DNA of 63,158 nt, counting the filler. It is 4 parts of 4 records of this genome, joined end to end, with 100 filler letters (N's around TTAATTAATTAA, not from the genome) between each part and the next. Parts side by side here need not be neighbours in the genome. Positions count along the whole stretch, not along the records: positions 1 to 20,618 come from DRR378314_1787; 3 more parts are not named here. One strand, 5' to 3'. Shown in pieces: positions 1 through 9,094 of the stretch (its first letter is position 1; the number at the start of each line of letters is the position of its first letter). Under the pieces are notes generated by a model. It searched no databases and was not told the origin of the DNA. It saw nothing but the letters and a program-made list of their open reading frames with translations. Both the position numbers and the translations under genes were made by a program.

Positions 1-98
1 AAGTTCTCTTTCCGCATGATCATCTCCCGAAAGAACATATATGACAGAATTTCCAATTAAACCGGGACGTGGACAAATGATAAACTTAGCGGTAACTG

Positions 99-113
99 AT
101 TATCATAAATAAT
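99..113. promoter_or_regulatory. Putative LysR-type T-N11-A dyad upstream of the LysR gene
   Basis: ATTATCATAAATAAT (ATTAT-N5-ATAAT) lies just upstream of the LysR start, in an AT-rich region shared with a probable divergent gene (minus-strand ATG at about 17-23 with GGGAGA RBS) that runs off the window. Confidence 0.35.
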
Positions 114-127
114 GAATTGGGGCCGCC

Positions 128-994
128 TTGTCGAATACCGACCACATGCCGCCGCTCAACTGGCTACGCAGCTTCGAGGCCTGCGCCCGGCTCGGATCCT
201 TCACAGCCGCCGCAGTGGAGTTGAATATTACCCAGCCTGCGGTGTCGCATCAGATCCGGCAACTGGAAGCTCATCTGAAACTTGCCCTGTTCCGTAGAGT
301 AGGCCGGACCAAGCAGCTGACAGACGAAGGTCGCAACTATCTGTTCTTCGTGCACGAGGCCTTCGAACTGCTGCGTGCCGGGTCACGGAAAGCAGTTGAT
401 CCTGATCGCGGAAAATCGCTGACGTTGCGTGCAAACATGGCTTTGACGCTCTTCTGGCTTATGCCACGATTGGACAGCTTGTATAGGCAATACCCTTGGA
501 TCCGGCTGAATATCCTGCCCCATATCTCGGACATCGAAGAGCGGGCTCCCAACTTCGAGATAGAGATCGTGAACCTGATCAGCGAAGCCCGAGCAGACCT
601 GAGACCACTGCGGGATGAGTATTTTTTCCCGGTTTGCTCACCCGAATTGGCGCAATCGGGCAGACTTGATCATGTTCCCCTGTTTGACACTTCCAGTATG
701 ACAGCCAGTTGGGATGAGTGGCACGGGTCCAAATACCGCGGCCCCCCGCCCAAGCCGGTGAATTTCGCCTCGACCGTGGTGTTGTCCATGACTGCGGCGA
801 TCAATGGCGTAGGATTGGCATTGGCGCATACCAGTCTGTTCGAGGCCGCCTCAAAGGCTGGGCAACTCGTTCGCCCATATGATAGTCAAATCAAGATGAA
901 GGAGCGTTATTTCATTAGCGAGGTACGCGCCAACGAACAAACTCCGGCCAGCCGTACCTTTATGGAATGGCTGGACGAACAGCTCGATTCCTAA
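128..994 (+). CDS. LysR-family transcriptional regulator (GcvA-like)
   Basis: N-terminal HTH PPLNWLRSFEACARLGSFTAAAVELNITQPAVSHQIRQLE; 288 aa; substrate-binding domain with AAINGVGLAL; TTG start. Confidence 0.93.
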   Translation: MSNTDHMPPLNWLRSFEACARLGSFTAAAVELNITQPAVSHQIRQLEAHLKLALFRRVGRTKQLTDEGRNYLFFVHEAFELLRAGSRKAVDPDRGKSLTLRANMALTLFWLMPRLDSLYRQYPWIRLNILPHISDIEERAPNFEIEIVNLISEARADLRPLRDEYFFPVCSPELAQSGRLDHVPLFDTSSMTASWDEWHGSKYRGPPPKPVNFASTVVLSMTAAINGVGLALAHTSLFEAASKAGQLVRPYDSQIKMKERYFISEVRANEQTPASRTFMEWLDEQLDS

Positions 995-1307
995 TGCGCT
1001 AGTCCGTCTGAAGCCCAACGGTTGTGCGCGCTCTGTGCATGAATCGTGCCCGGTGGACGTGCTCTGAGGCGGCGACCCTGGTTGATCGCCTCTGTTCCCG
1101 AGGTGCGGGCAGGCCTGCGTCAACCCCTTCCAGCCTCGGTGCAATGCCAACCTCCGGCCGCCAAACATTGAGATGGACCAAGTCAGCGGGAGAAATCCAG
1201 CGATCCCCATACATCAAACTGGGTAATGTGTTACTTTGAAATTTATAATTTGTCGAAAGGACTGATTGGCAAGAGATTAGACCCGAAACTTTTTTTGGGG
1301 TCAAACC

Positions 1308-2078
1308 ATGCCAACACACTCTCTTCGATCTGCTGAAACGGGTTCAAACATGGACCACTGGAAAGAACGTACCGAGCTTGCAGCTTCCTTTCGCTGGGTC
1401 GAGCGGCTGAACATGCACGAATCTGTCGGCAACCACCTGAGCCTGGCAGTGAATGAAGATGGCACGCAATTTTTGATGAACCCCAATTTGGTGCATTTCA
1501 GGCTGATCAAGGCTTCAGACCTGATCCTGATTGACGCCAACGACCCTGAAACTCTGAACCGCCCGGATGCACCGGATAAAGCGGCCTGGGGGCTGCACGG
1601 TGCTATCCATCGGCGCTGTCCACATCATCGCTGCCTGATGCATGTGCATTCGATCTATTCCACCGCTTTGGCCTGCCTTGAGGACAGCAGCCTGCCGCCA
1701 TTGGATCAGAACGCTGCCATGTTCTTCAACCGGACGATCATTGATGAACACTATGGTGGCCTAGCCTTCGATGACGAGGCGGAACGCTGCGCTGCGGCGC
1801 TAGGCGATCCGACGAAGAAAGTCATGATCATGGGCAATCATGGGGTGATGGTGATGGGCGATACCGTCGCTGAAACCTTCAACCGTCTTTACTACTTTGA
1901 ACGGGCGGCAGAGACGTACATCCAGGCACTTCAAACTGGTCGTCCCCTACGGATTCTGTCCGATGCCGTTGCCGAAAAAGTGGCGTACGAGAATGACAAC
2001 TACCACGGCTTTGCCGAGCGGCACTTGGAGAACCTGATGACCATTCTTGACAAGGAAGGCGCGGACTACGCGAGCTGA
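1308..2078 (+). CDS. Class II aldolase/adducin-family protein
   Basis: Motifs GNHLS, LHGAIHR, MHVHS (metal-binding His) and MGNHGV. The true start may be the Met at 1350. Confidence 0.9.
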   Translation: MPTHSLRSAETGSNMDHWKERTELAASFRWVERLNMHESVGNHLSLAVNEDGTQFLMNPNLVHFRLIKASDLILIDANDPETLNRPDAPDKAAWGLHGAIHRRCPHHRCLMHVHSIYSTALACLEDSSLPPLDQNAAMFFNRTIIDEHYGGLAFDDEAERCAAALGDPTKKVMIMGNHGVMVMGDTVAETFNRLYYFERAAETYIQALQTGRPLRILSDAVAEKVAYENDNYHGFAERHLENLMTILDKEGADYAS

Positions 2079-2087
2079 GGTGCAACT

Positions 2088-3116
2088 ATGCCTGATTATG
2101 TCCCTACCAATGCCGCGTCGTCGGGCGTGAAGCTGGACAAGAAAACACTCAAATCCATCGCCGCGCGGTCTGACCGGCCCGGGCTGATCTATCTTGCTCT
2201 CTGGCTGGGCTCGCTTTGCATGACAGGGGCGTTGGTCTATCTGACCCTTGGTACATTCTGGATGTGGCCCGCCATGTTTGTGCATGGCATTTTTCTGTGC
2301 GTTCCGACCTATTCCATGAGCCATGAAACCGCTCACGGTACCGCTTTTCGTACGAGATGGCTGAACGAAGCCGTGCTTTGGATGTCGTCCCTGATCTACA
2401 TGGAAGAGCCGCTGCACCGCCGCTATACCCATACCTCGCACCACACGTTTACCTGGTGGGCAGAAAAGGATGCCCAGTTCCCTTTTGATACGCCCATGGG
2501 GCTAAAAGGTTGGATCACAGAGATCACCGGGTTCGGGATACTTCGTTTTCATGTCCATGTTTTCTGGCAACTGGCGACGAAGCAATACACCGACATGATG
2601 CGCAGCTGCACGCCCGAGCCCGAGTTTCCCAGGATGACGCGCAACGCGCGGATTATGCTGGCTATCTATGCGGCCATCGCAGCAGCGCCGTTCTTCGGCA
2701 TCTGGTGGCCGGTTTGGCTGATCGTCGTGCCTCGCATTCTGGGGGCGCCAGTCATGCTGTTGTTCACATTGATCCAGCATGTGGAGTTGCAGGAAAATTC
2801 TCCCTCTATCCTGGAAAGCACTCGGTCGTTTCGCACCAACTGGCTGGCGAAGTTTCTCTACATGAACATGAACAACCACGTTGAGCATCACCTCTATCCC
2901 AATGTGCCGTTTCATGCGCTTCCCGATCTGGCCGAAGCGGTCAAGGATCAGGTGCCAGAACCCGACCCCGGCTTCTTTCGCAGCAACTGGGAGGTTCTGG
3001 TGGTCACAGCCCGCCGTTCGCTTGGCCTTTCGACCAAAGCCCCGTCGATCCGCCAGGCACCGCATATGATTACCGAGGGCGGCCCAATTCAGAAGTTCGC
3101 CGAGAGGAACATGTGA
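2088..3116 (+). CDS. Membrane di-iron oxygenase, fatty-acid-desaturase superfamily (MocD-like)
   Basis: Three His boxes (HETAH, HTSHH, HVEHH) with hydrophobic segments; a Rieske ferredoxin lies two genes downstream, as with mocD-mocE. Confidence 0.85.
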   Translation: MPDYVPTNAASSGVKLDKKTLKSIAARSDRPGLIYLALWLGSLCMTGALVYLTLGTFWMWPAMFVHGIFLCVPTYSMSHETAHGTAFRTRWLNEAVLWMSSLIYMEEPLHRRYTHTSHHTFTWWAEKDAQFPFDTPMGLKGWITEITGFGILRFHVHVFWQLATKQYTDMMRSCTPEPEFPRMTRNARIMLAIYAAIAAAPFFGIWWPVWLIVVPRILGAPVMLLFTLIQHVELQENSPSILESTRSFRTNWLAKFLYMNMNNHVEHHLYPNVPFHALPDLAEAVKDQVPEPDPGFFRSNWEVLVVTARRSLGLSTKAPSIRQAPHMITEGGPIQKFAERNM

Positions 3117-3119
3117 TCC

Positions 3120-3968
3120 ATGAAACGCATTTATGACTTTTCCCGCAAACCCGCAGCGCGCAACTATACCATCTCGGACCTGCAGGCCCTGAAAGGGACT
3201 GACCGCAAGCTGTCCATGGTCAATCCAGCAAACGATGACGAGGTGCGTGCCTGTGTCGAAGCGGGTATCGACCTCTTTGTCGCTGGCATGGACCAAATTG
3301 AGGGTATTCGTGCCATCGCGCCGACCCATTTCACTGGGCTTGGATCAACTTGGGCCCAGTTCGGATCGAACGAGGAAATCCTTGCTGATGCTTTCGAAGC
3401 TATGCGCCGGGGCGGCGACATGTACTACACGCTGCGGTCATTCGATGCGATGGAGATGATGTCGCTTGAGGGTATCCCGGTGCAGAGCCATATCGGGCTG
3501 ATCCCGACTTTCAGCCACTATTGTGGGGGCCTGCGTGGTTGGGGCCGCAAAGCCGGGGAGGCGATGAAGATTTATGAAACGCTGAAGCGGATGGAAGACG
3601 TAGGTGTTATTGCGGTTGAGGCCGAGTGCATTGCTGAAGAAGTGCTGGAAGCCGTTAACACCAAGACATCGATCGTAACCTTCTCGTTGGGGTCGGGCAT
3701 GGCTGGCGATGTAATCATGTCCTTTGTGGCTGATATCTGCGGCGAAGCCAGCGAAGAGGACAAGCCCCCCAAACACGCCCATGCGTTTGGCAATGTCGGG
3801 CGTCTGCATAAACAAATACATGATGAGCGTGTCGCTGCCCTTGGCGCGTTCCACAGCGAAGTGACTGCCGGCAATTTCCCGTATCCACAAACCAACATTT
3901 CAATGCACGAGGGTGAGAAGGATAAGTTCCTTGAAGCCTTGGATAAATGGAGCCCGACACACCAATGA
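3120..3968 (+). CDS. Divergent PanB-like (ketopantoate hydroxymethyltransferase family) protein
   Basis: GIPVQSHIGLIP, EAECI and SLGSG...GD resemble PanB. The canonical N-terminal AYD...VGDS segment is altered or shortened, so it is probably not a true PanB. Confidence 0.75.
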   Translation: MKRIYDFSRKPAARNYTISDLQALKGTDRKLSMVNPANDDEVRACVEAGIDLFVAGMDQIEGIRAIAPTHFTGLGSTWAQFGSNEEILADAFEAMRRGGDMYYTLRSFDAMEMMSLEGIPVQSHIGLIPTFSHYCGGLRGWGRKAGEAMKIYETLKRMEDVGVIAVEAECIAEEVLEAVNTKTSIVTFSLGSGMAGDVIMSFVADICGEASEEDKPPKHAHAFGNVGRLHKQIHDERVAALGAFHSEVTAGNFPYPQTNISMHEGEKDKFLEALDKWSPTHQ

Positions 3969-4276
3969 GTCAATGGATTGACGCCTGCGCGACCTCGGAT
4001 ATCGACGACGAAGACCTGATCGCGTGGGAACATGACGGTCACAGGATCGCGATCTACAACACCGAAAAGGGCTTCTTCGCAACGGACCTGATGTGCACCC
4101 ATGAAGAGGAGTCTATGGAGGAAGGACTTGTCATTGACTGTGTGATCGAATGCCCTCTGCACGGCGGTCGCTTTGACATCTGCACGGGCAAAGCTTTGTC
4201 CGCACCGGTATATGAGGACCTGAAAACCTATCCTGTGAAAGTCGAAAACAACCGGGTTTTCGTTCAGGTGTCATAA
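3965..4276 (+). CDS. Rieske [2Fe-2S] ferredoxin (MocE-like)
   Basis: CTH...CPLH Rieske motif; ATG at 3965 overlaps the upstream TGA (ATGA coupling). Confidence 0.92.
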   Translation: MSQWIDACATSDIDDEDLIAWEHDGHRIAIYNTEKGFFATDLMCTHEEESMEEGLVIDCVIECPLHGGRFDICTGKALSAPVYEDLKTYPVKVENNRVFVQVS

Positions 4277-4335
4277 CCGGCGCAGGTGTATCTGAGGCAC
4301 TCCGCTACCCGGATCTTCCCAAGAAGGATTAACAC

Positions 4336-5529
4336 ATGGGGAATTTTCAAGAAGCATCGGATTTGGAGAGCAATGTCTCCATCAGCGCGCGTCGTTTCGA
4401 AGAGTCGCCGTTTATTGAACGCACTGATTGCCCTGGGATGGTCCGTGGCGTCTATGCAGGGCGGTATTTCCCGATTTCTTTGGGTGAGGATCACATCGAA
4501 AAATACTGGCGCCTGCGGCAGAAGGCCCTGGTCTTTGACACGCCCGAGAAGCCGATTGAAATCTCAGGCCCGGACGCGGTGCCGTTTCTTGACCATGTGC
4601 TGGCGCGTCGTGTCGCCTCCATGACGGAAGGCCGCGGCTACTACGCCATCGCCTGTACTCCGCAGGGCGGTGTGTTCATGGATGGCGTGATATTCCGTTT
4701 GGAAGAAAACCGGTTTTGGTATGTGCAGGCTGATGGCCCCTTTGAAACCTGGTTGATGGCGCATTCTGGCGACTATGATGTGACGATTTCCGACCCGAAC
4801 AGCCGGGTGCTGCAGATCCAGGGGCCGACATCCCTGGAGATCATGAAAGCGGCCTCTGACGGGGCGGTGAATGAGACACTGAAGTATTTCCGCTCGGGCT
4901 ACTTCGACATAGGCGGACAGCAGTTTTACGTCTCCCGCACTGGTTTTACGAATGAGTTGGGATACGAGATTTACTGTAATGGAGCTAAGACTGATCATTT
5001 GGCGCTATGGGATCACCTCATGACCTGTGGGGCACCGCATGGGCTGGAGTTTTCATCCTGCCGGGCCATGACCCTGCGGCGGATCGAAGGCGGGATACTG
5101 GGTAATCTGACAGATATGACACCCGACATGACGCCCTTTGAGGCAGGCCTCGCCCCTTTCATTGACATGGACAAGGGTGATTTTATCGGACGTGACGCGC
5201 TGGTGGGTAAAGACACCCGTTCATGTCTTTTCGGCATAACCTGCGAGACTGAGACCCCTGCATCGGGTGCCGTCGTTCTGAATGGTGGGGTTGCTGTAGG
5301 TTTTGTCACGGCCGGTATTCCTTCGCCGACGCTAGGGCTTGGTGTCGGATATGTGCGTTTTGATGCGCCCGGTGATTGGGTCGGCCGGAGCCTAAAAATG
5401 CGCTTGCCGGATGGCAGCACACACGACACACAGATCGTGGATGTGCCTTTCTTCGACCGAGAAAAGGCAATCGTTCGAGGTGTGGATCGTTCCATTCCTG
5501 AGCGGCCAACAATCGGAACACAGGCATGA
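4336..5529 (+). CDS. THF-dependent aminomethyltransferase/demethylase, GcvT family (DmdA-like)
   Basis: IEISGPDA, QIQGP, VSRTGFTNELGYEIY, RIEGG and FIGRDAL; the N-terminal SARRFEESPF...VYAGRYFP resembles the DmdA N-terminus; AAGGA RBS. Confidence 0.88.
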   Translation: MGNFQEASDLESNVSISARRFEESPFIERTDCPGMVRGVYAGRYFPISLGEDHIEKYWRLRQKALVFDTPEKPIEISGPDAVPFLDHVLARRVASMTEGRGYYAIACTPQGGVFMDGVIFRLEENRFWYVQADGPFETWLMAHSGDYDVTISDPNSRVLQIQGPTSLEIMKAASDGAVNETLKYFRSGYFDIGGQQFYVSRTGFTNELGYEIYCNGAKTDHLALWDHLMTCGAPHGLEFSSCRAMTLRRIEGGILGNLTDMTPDMTPFEAGLAPFIDMDKGDFIGRDALVGKDTRSCLFGITCETETPASGAVVLNGGVAVGFVTAGIPSPTLGLGVGYVRFDAPGDWVGRSLKMRLPDGSTHDTQIVDVPFFDREKAIVRGVDRSIPERPTIGTQA

Positions 5530-6383
5530 CCAACCGAACACCACGCCCACGGCGCAGTTTCATTTTCACGCCGGGATTGCGGCCCGAGATGTTTCCCAAG
5601 GCGCTTGCCAGTGGCGCGGATATTGTTTGCGTCGAGCTGGAAGACGGCATCGCGCCCAAGGACAAAGCCGAAGCACGGCAAAAAGCTCTGGCTCTGTTCG
5701 AACAGCCACAGGCCGATGACGGGGTAGAGCGGATCGTGCGGATCAATTCGATGCGGGAACGGTCTGGGATCGAGGATGTGAATGCGGTGCTGGCCAGCAC
5801 AACGCCGCCCCCGGCACTGATGATGCCCAAGGTGCGCACACCCGATGAGGTGGTGATGCTGGATCAGCTTCTGACCGAGGCGGGCCATGCGACCCGCCTG
5901 CATGTCATCATCGAGACGAATGAGGGGCTGGAGGCGGCGTTCGAAATCGCGAGATGCTCACCTCGGATTGATGCGATGTTCTTTGGCGGCGTGGATATGG
6001 CCGCCGAGCTGCGGTGCCAGAATACGTTCGAGTCGATGATCTATGCGCGGTCCCGCGTGGTTCATGCGTCGGCGGCAGCGGGTTTGGACGTGATTGACGT
6101 ACCGTTCCTCGATCTCGACGATCCGGAGGGGATGCGGATCGAGGCCGAGAAAGTGCGCGACCTGGGATTTGCCGGCAAGGGCTCGGTCCATCCAAAACAG
6201 ATCGCCACGCTCAACGAAGTGTTCACGCCGTCTGCGGACAAGATCGCCCGGGCGCGCCGGATCATCGCTGAATTCGAGGCGGCGGATACGGGGCTGGTCG
6301 TTATCGATGGCAAACTCATTGAAAAACCGGTCCTGCGCGACATGTATCGCATCGTTGCCATTGCAGATCGGATGGGAGGATAA
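5526..6383 (+). CDS. HpcH/HpaI aldolase - citrate lyase beta (CitE/malyl-CoA lyase) family protein
   Basis: RRSFIFTPG, GADIVCVELEDG, VRIN, MMPKV, IIET, GFAGKGSVHPKQI and DGKLIE; ATGA overlap with the upstream gene. Confidence 0.92.
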   Translation: MTNRTPRPRRSFIFTPGLRPEMFPKALASGADIVCVELEDGIAPKDKAEARQKALALFEQPQADDGVERIVRINSMRERSGIEDVNAVLASTTPPPALMMPKVRTPDEVVMLDQLLTEAGHATRLHVIIETNEGLEAAFEIARCSPRIDAMFFGGVDMAAELRCQNTFESMIYARSRVVHASAAAGLDVIDVPFLDLDDPEGMRIEAEKVRDLGFAGKGSVHPKQIATLNEVFTPSADKIARARRIIAEFEAADTGLVVIDGKLIEKPVLRDMYRIVAIADRMGG

Positions 6384-6384
6384 A

Positions 6385-7737
6385 ATGTCAGACTGTTGTG
6401 GGCCGGGATACGCATCACCCCAGGCCGCGATCGAGGCGCCGCGAGAGAAGCTGCTTTACACAATCGCGATCTACACAGGTACGGGCATTCAGAAGCCCGA
6501 CTACCTGGCGACCGTGGATGTTGATCCTGACAGCCCGACTTACAGCCAGGTCATTCACCGACTCGAAATGCCGGGGATCGGGGATGAGCTGCATCATATG
6601 GGCTGGAATGCATGTTCGTCGTGTTTTGACGATGGCAGCATGTCCCGCAAATACCTGATCCTGCCGGGGGTGCGCTCGAACAACCTGCATATCGTCGACA
6701 CCGCCACCGACCCGCGCGCGCCGCGGCTGCACAAGGTGATCGACGGCGCCGAGATCAAGGCCAAGGCCAATCTCAGCGGTCCGCACACGGTGCATTGCCT
6801 GGGCAGTGAAATTATCATCTCGTTTCTGGGCGACGCCAAGGGAGAAGCCCCGGGCGGCTACCTGCATCTGAACAAGGATTTCGAGATTGTTGGCCGTTGG
6901 GAAAACTCAATGGGCGACATCAAGTTCGGCTATGACTTCTGGTACCAGCCGCGCCACAACGTGATGGTCAGTTCCGAATGGGCCGCCCCCAACACCTTCA
7001 TGCCGGGCTTCGATCTGGAGGAGGTTGGCCATCTCAAATACGGCCGTGAACTGCATTTTTGGGATTTCGAAAAGCGTGAGCCGATTGAAAGCTTCTATCT
7101 GGGCGAGGACGGGCTCATTCCGCTAGAGGTCAAGTTCCATCACAACCCCGACAGCACCCACGGGTTCTGCGGCGCGGCCCTTTCCACAAATGTCATTCAC
7201 TGGTGGAAGGACGATGCCGGCAAATGGCAGTGGGAAAAGATCATCGACGTCGAGAACGAGATGCACCCCGAATGGCCGATCCCGCTGCCCGGTGTGATGT
7301 CGGCGCTGCTGGTCTCGATGGATGACCGGTACCTCTACGTGAACAACTGGCTGCACGGCGACATGCGCCAGTACGACATCACCGACCCGCATAACCCGGT
7401 GCTGACGGGGCAGGTCTTCATGGGCGGGCTTCTGGGCAAGGCGCCGGTGGTGAACGGGATCGAGATGGCCGGCGGGCCGCAGATGTTCCAACTGAGCCTT
7501 GACGGGCGCAGGCTCTATGTGACGACCTCGCTCTTCTCCACCTGGGACAACCAGTTCTATCCGGAGATCCGCGAGAAAGGCGGGGTGCTGGTGATGATTG
7601 ATTGCGACCCGGAAAACGGCGGGATGAAGATCAACGAGGATTTTATCGTCAATTTCGGCCAGGAACCGGGCGGCCCTGCGCGGTGTCACGAAATGCGCTA
7701 TCCGGGCGGTGATTGCACAAGCGATATCTGGCTATGA
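6385..7737 (+). CDS. Selenium-binding protein SBP56/SELENBP1-like, putative cytoplasmic methanethiol oxidase
   Basis: Start re-called at ATG 6385 (MSDCCGPGYASP). Motifs DYLATVDVDP, DELHHMGWNACSSC, YDFWYQPRHNVMVSSEWAAP, GGPQMFQLSLDG and HEMRYPGGDCTSDIWL closely match animal SELENBP1. No signal peptide. Confidence 0.93.
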   Translation: MSDCCGPGYASPQAAIEAPREKLLYTIAIYTGTGIQKPDYLATVDVDPDSPTYSQVIHRLEMPGIGDELHHMGWNACSSCFDDGSMSRKYLILPGVRSNNLHIVDTATDPRAPRLHKVIDGAEIKAKANLSGPHTVHCLGSEIIISFLGDAKGEAPGGYLHLNKDFEIVGRWENSMGDIKFGYDFWYQPRHNVMVSSEWAAPNTFMPGFDLEEVGHLKYGRELHFWDFEKREPIESFYLGEDGLIPLEVKFHHNPDSTHGFCGAALSTNVIHWWKDDAGKWQWEKIIDVENEMHPEWPIPLPGVMSALLVSMDDRYLYVNNWLHGDMRQYDITDPHNPVLTGQVFMGGLLGKAPVVNGIEMAGGPQMFQLSLDGRRLYVTTSLFSTWDNQFYPEIREKGGVLVMIDCDPENGGMKINEDFIVNFGQEPGGPARCHEMRYPGGDCTSDIWL

Positions 7738-8099
7738 CCACCCATACGGTCACAATCGCTAACCGCGGTGGCGCAACCTACGAGGTTGATCCGCGCCGCC
7801 CGCTGCTGGATGCCCTGCGCGACCAGGGGGTCGATTTGCCTTATGGCTGCAAATACGGCGGCTGCATCACCTGCGCGGCCAAACTGACCGAAGGCACAGT
7901 GGACCAACGCCGCCAGGTCGCGCTCAATAACCGGCAAATCGCGAACGGGTATGTGATCCTCTGCGTAGCCCGCGCGACGTCCGATATCACGCTTGAAATC
8001 GGGGTCGAGAGCCACGGGCAACTTTATCGCAACCCGTTCCTCGACCCGCTCGAACCCCATGAACTCAAGGCGGATATCGCCACGCCGAAGGAGACGTAA
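7734..8099 (+). CDS. Plant-type [2Fe-2S] ferredoxin
   Basis: LPYGCKYGGCITC...VILC motif; ATG 7734 overlaps the SBP56 stop. Confidence 0.9.
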   Translation: MTTHTVTIANRGGATYEVDPRRPLLDALRDQGVDLPYGCKYGGCITCAAKLTEGTVDQRRQVALNNRQIANGYVILCVARATSDITLEIGVESHGQLYRNPFLDPLEPHELKADIATPKET

Positions 8100-8564
8100 A
8101 TGCCCGAAGCCGATATTGACCGCATCTACGACTACGACCCGAAATACCTGGCTGATATCCTGAAATCGGTCAAAACCATCGCCATGGTGGGCGCCAGCGC
8201 CGACAAGACGAAGTTCAGCTATGGCGTACTGCGACAGCTTAGCGAAATCGGCTATGACATCCTGCCTGTCAATCCCAACCCGGCTGTCACCGAAATCCGG
8301 GGTCTGAAAGTGTATCACTCGCTGGAAGAGATCGACAAACCGGTCGACATGGTCGATGTTTTCCGCCCCAAGGAAGAGTTCTATGGGTTGGCCGAGAAGG
8401 CCATCGCCATCGGGGCCAAGGTCCTCTGGGGTCAGATCGGCGTCTATGATGACAAAGCGGCTAAACTTGCCGAAGAGGCCGGGCTCAAGGTCGTGATGAA
8501 CCGCTGCCCAAAGATCGAGCTCTTCCGCCCCTTCTGGAAGCCCCGGCTTGATCTGAAGATATGA
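8100..8564 (+). CDS. CoA-binding protein (YccU-like)
   Basis: KTIAMVGAS, PVNP, VDMVDVFR, LWGQIG and VMNRCPKIE. Confidence 0.9.
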   Translation: MPEADIDRIYDYDPKYLADILKSVKTIAMVGASADKTKFSYGVLRQLSEIGYDILPVNPNPAVTEIRGLKVYHSLEEIDKPVDMVDVFRPKEEFYGLAEKAIAIGAKVLWGQIGVYDDKAAKLAEEAGLKVVMNRCPKIELFRPFWKPRLDLKI

Positions 8565-8674
8565 CCGAACGCCCGCTGCACGGCTGCTGTTGTGCCGGGG
8601 CAATGGCGATCGACTGGCCACTGGAGATGTTATTCGGAACGGTGCGCCGGTTACTGAAACGAGAGGATGAGACA

Positions 8675-9070
8675 ATGGGGCAAACCATTAAAACAAGCGC
8701 AAAAGACATCGTTAAGGCTGCAATGGCTGCCGTTCCTGCGATCAGCGTCGAAGAGGCGCTGCCACTGGTGACCAGCGGGATCCATGTCTTCGTCGACCTG
8801 CGCGACGGAACCGAACAGGCGACGACGGGTGTGATCCCCGGCGCCGTCGCTTCGTCCCGCGGCATGATGGAATTTCACATCGACCCGGAAAGCCCCGCCC
8901 ACAAGCCGGAATTCAACCAGGACAAGACCTATGTCTTCTACTGCGCTTCTGGCGGCCGCTCGGCGATGGCGGCACAGGTCGCGATGGATATGGGGCTCTC
9001 TCCGGTCGTCAACCTCACCGGTGGCATCGGCGCCTGGACAAAGGCCGGCGGTCCGCTGGACCAGGGCTGA
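8675..9070 (+). CDS. Single-domain rhodanese/sulfurtransferase
   Basis: VDLRD, GVIPGA, active-site loop YCASGGRS and LTGGIGAW; start re-called at ATG 8675 after a GAGAGGA RBS. Confidence 0.9.
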   Translation: MGQTIKTSAKDIVKAAMAAVPAISVEEALPLVTSGIHVFVDLRDGTEQATTGVIPGAVASSRGMMEFHIDPESPAHKPEFNQDKTYVFYCASGGRSAMAAQVAMDMGLSPVVNLTGGIGAWTKAGGPLDQG

Positions 9071-9094
9071 GCACGCAGGGCAAGGAGAGATCAG

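Noticed and set aside
995-1307. Short ORFs or a gene remnant between the LysR and aldolase genes
   Set aside because: No recognisable motif or RBS in any frame; left unannotated.
3120-3968. Calling this gene panB (pantothenate synthesis)
   Set aside because: Key N-terminal motifs have diverged, no panC is adjacent, and the context is catabolic.
4336-5529. Calling this gene dmdA or gcvT
   Set aside because: Similarity is only at family level; there is no gcvH/gcvP or dmdBCD in the contig.
6094-6384. 97-aa N-terminal extension of SBP56 given by the ORF track
   Set aside because: It overlaps the lyase gene; homology starts at ATG 6385, which follows a GGAGG RBS. Similar over-extended starts were trimmed for the ferredoxins, rhodanese, antC, catB, dctQ and dctM.
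7698-8675. Long antisense ORFs, for example 325 aa here, 2502-3329, 5013-5903 and 39420-40172
   Set aside because: These are shadow frames opposite well-supported high-GC genes.
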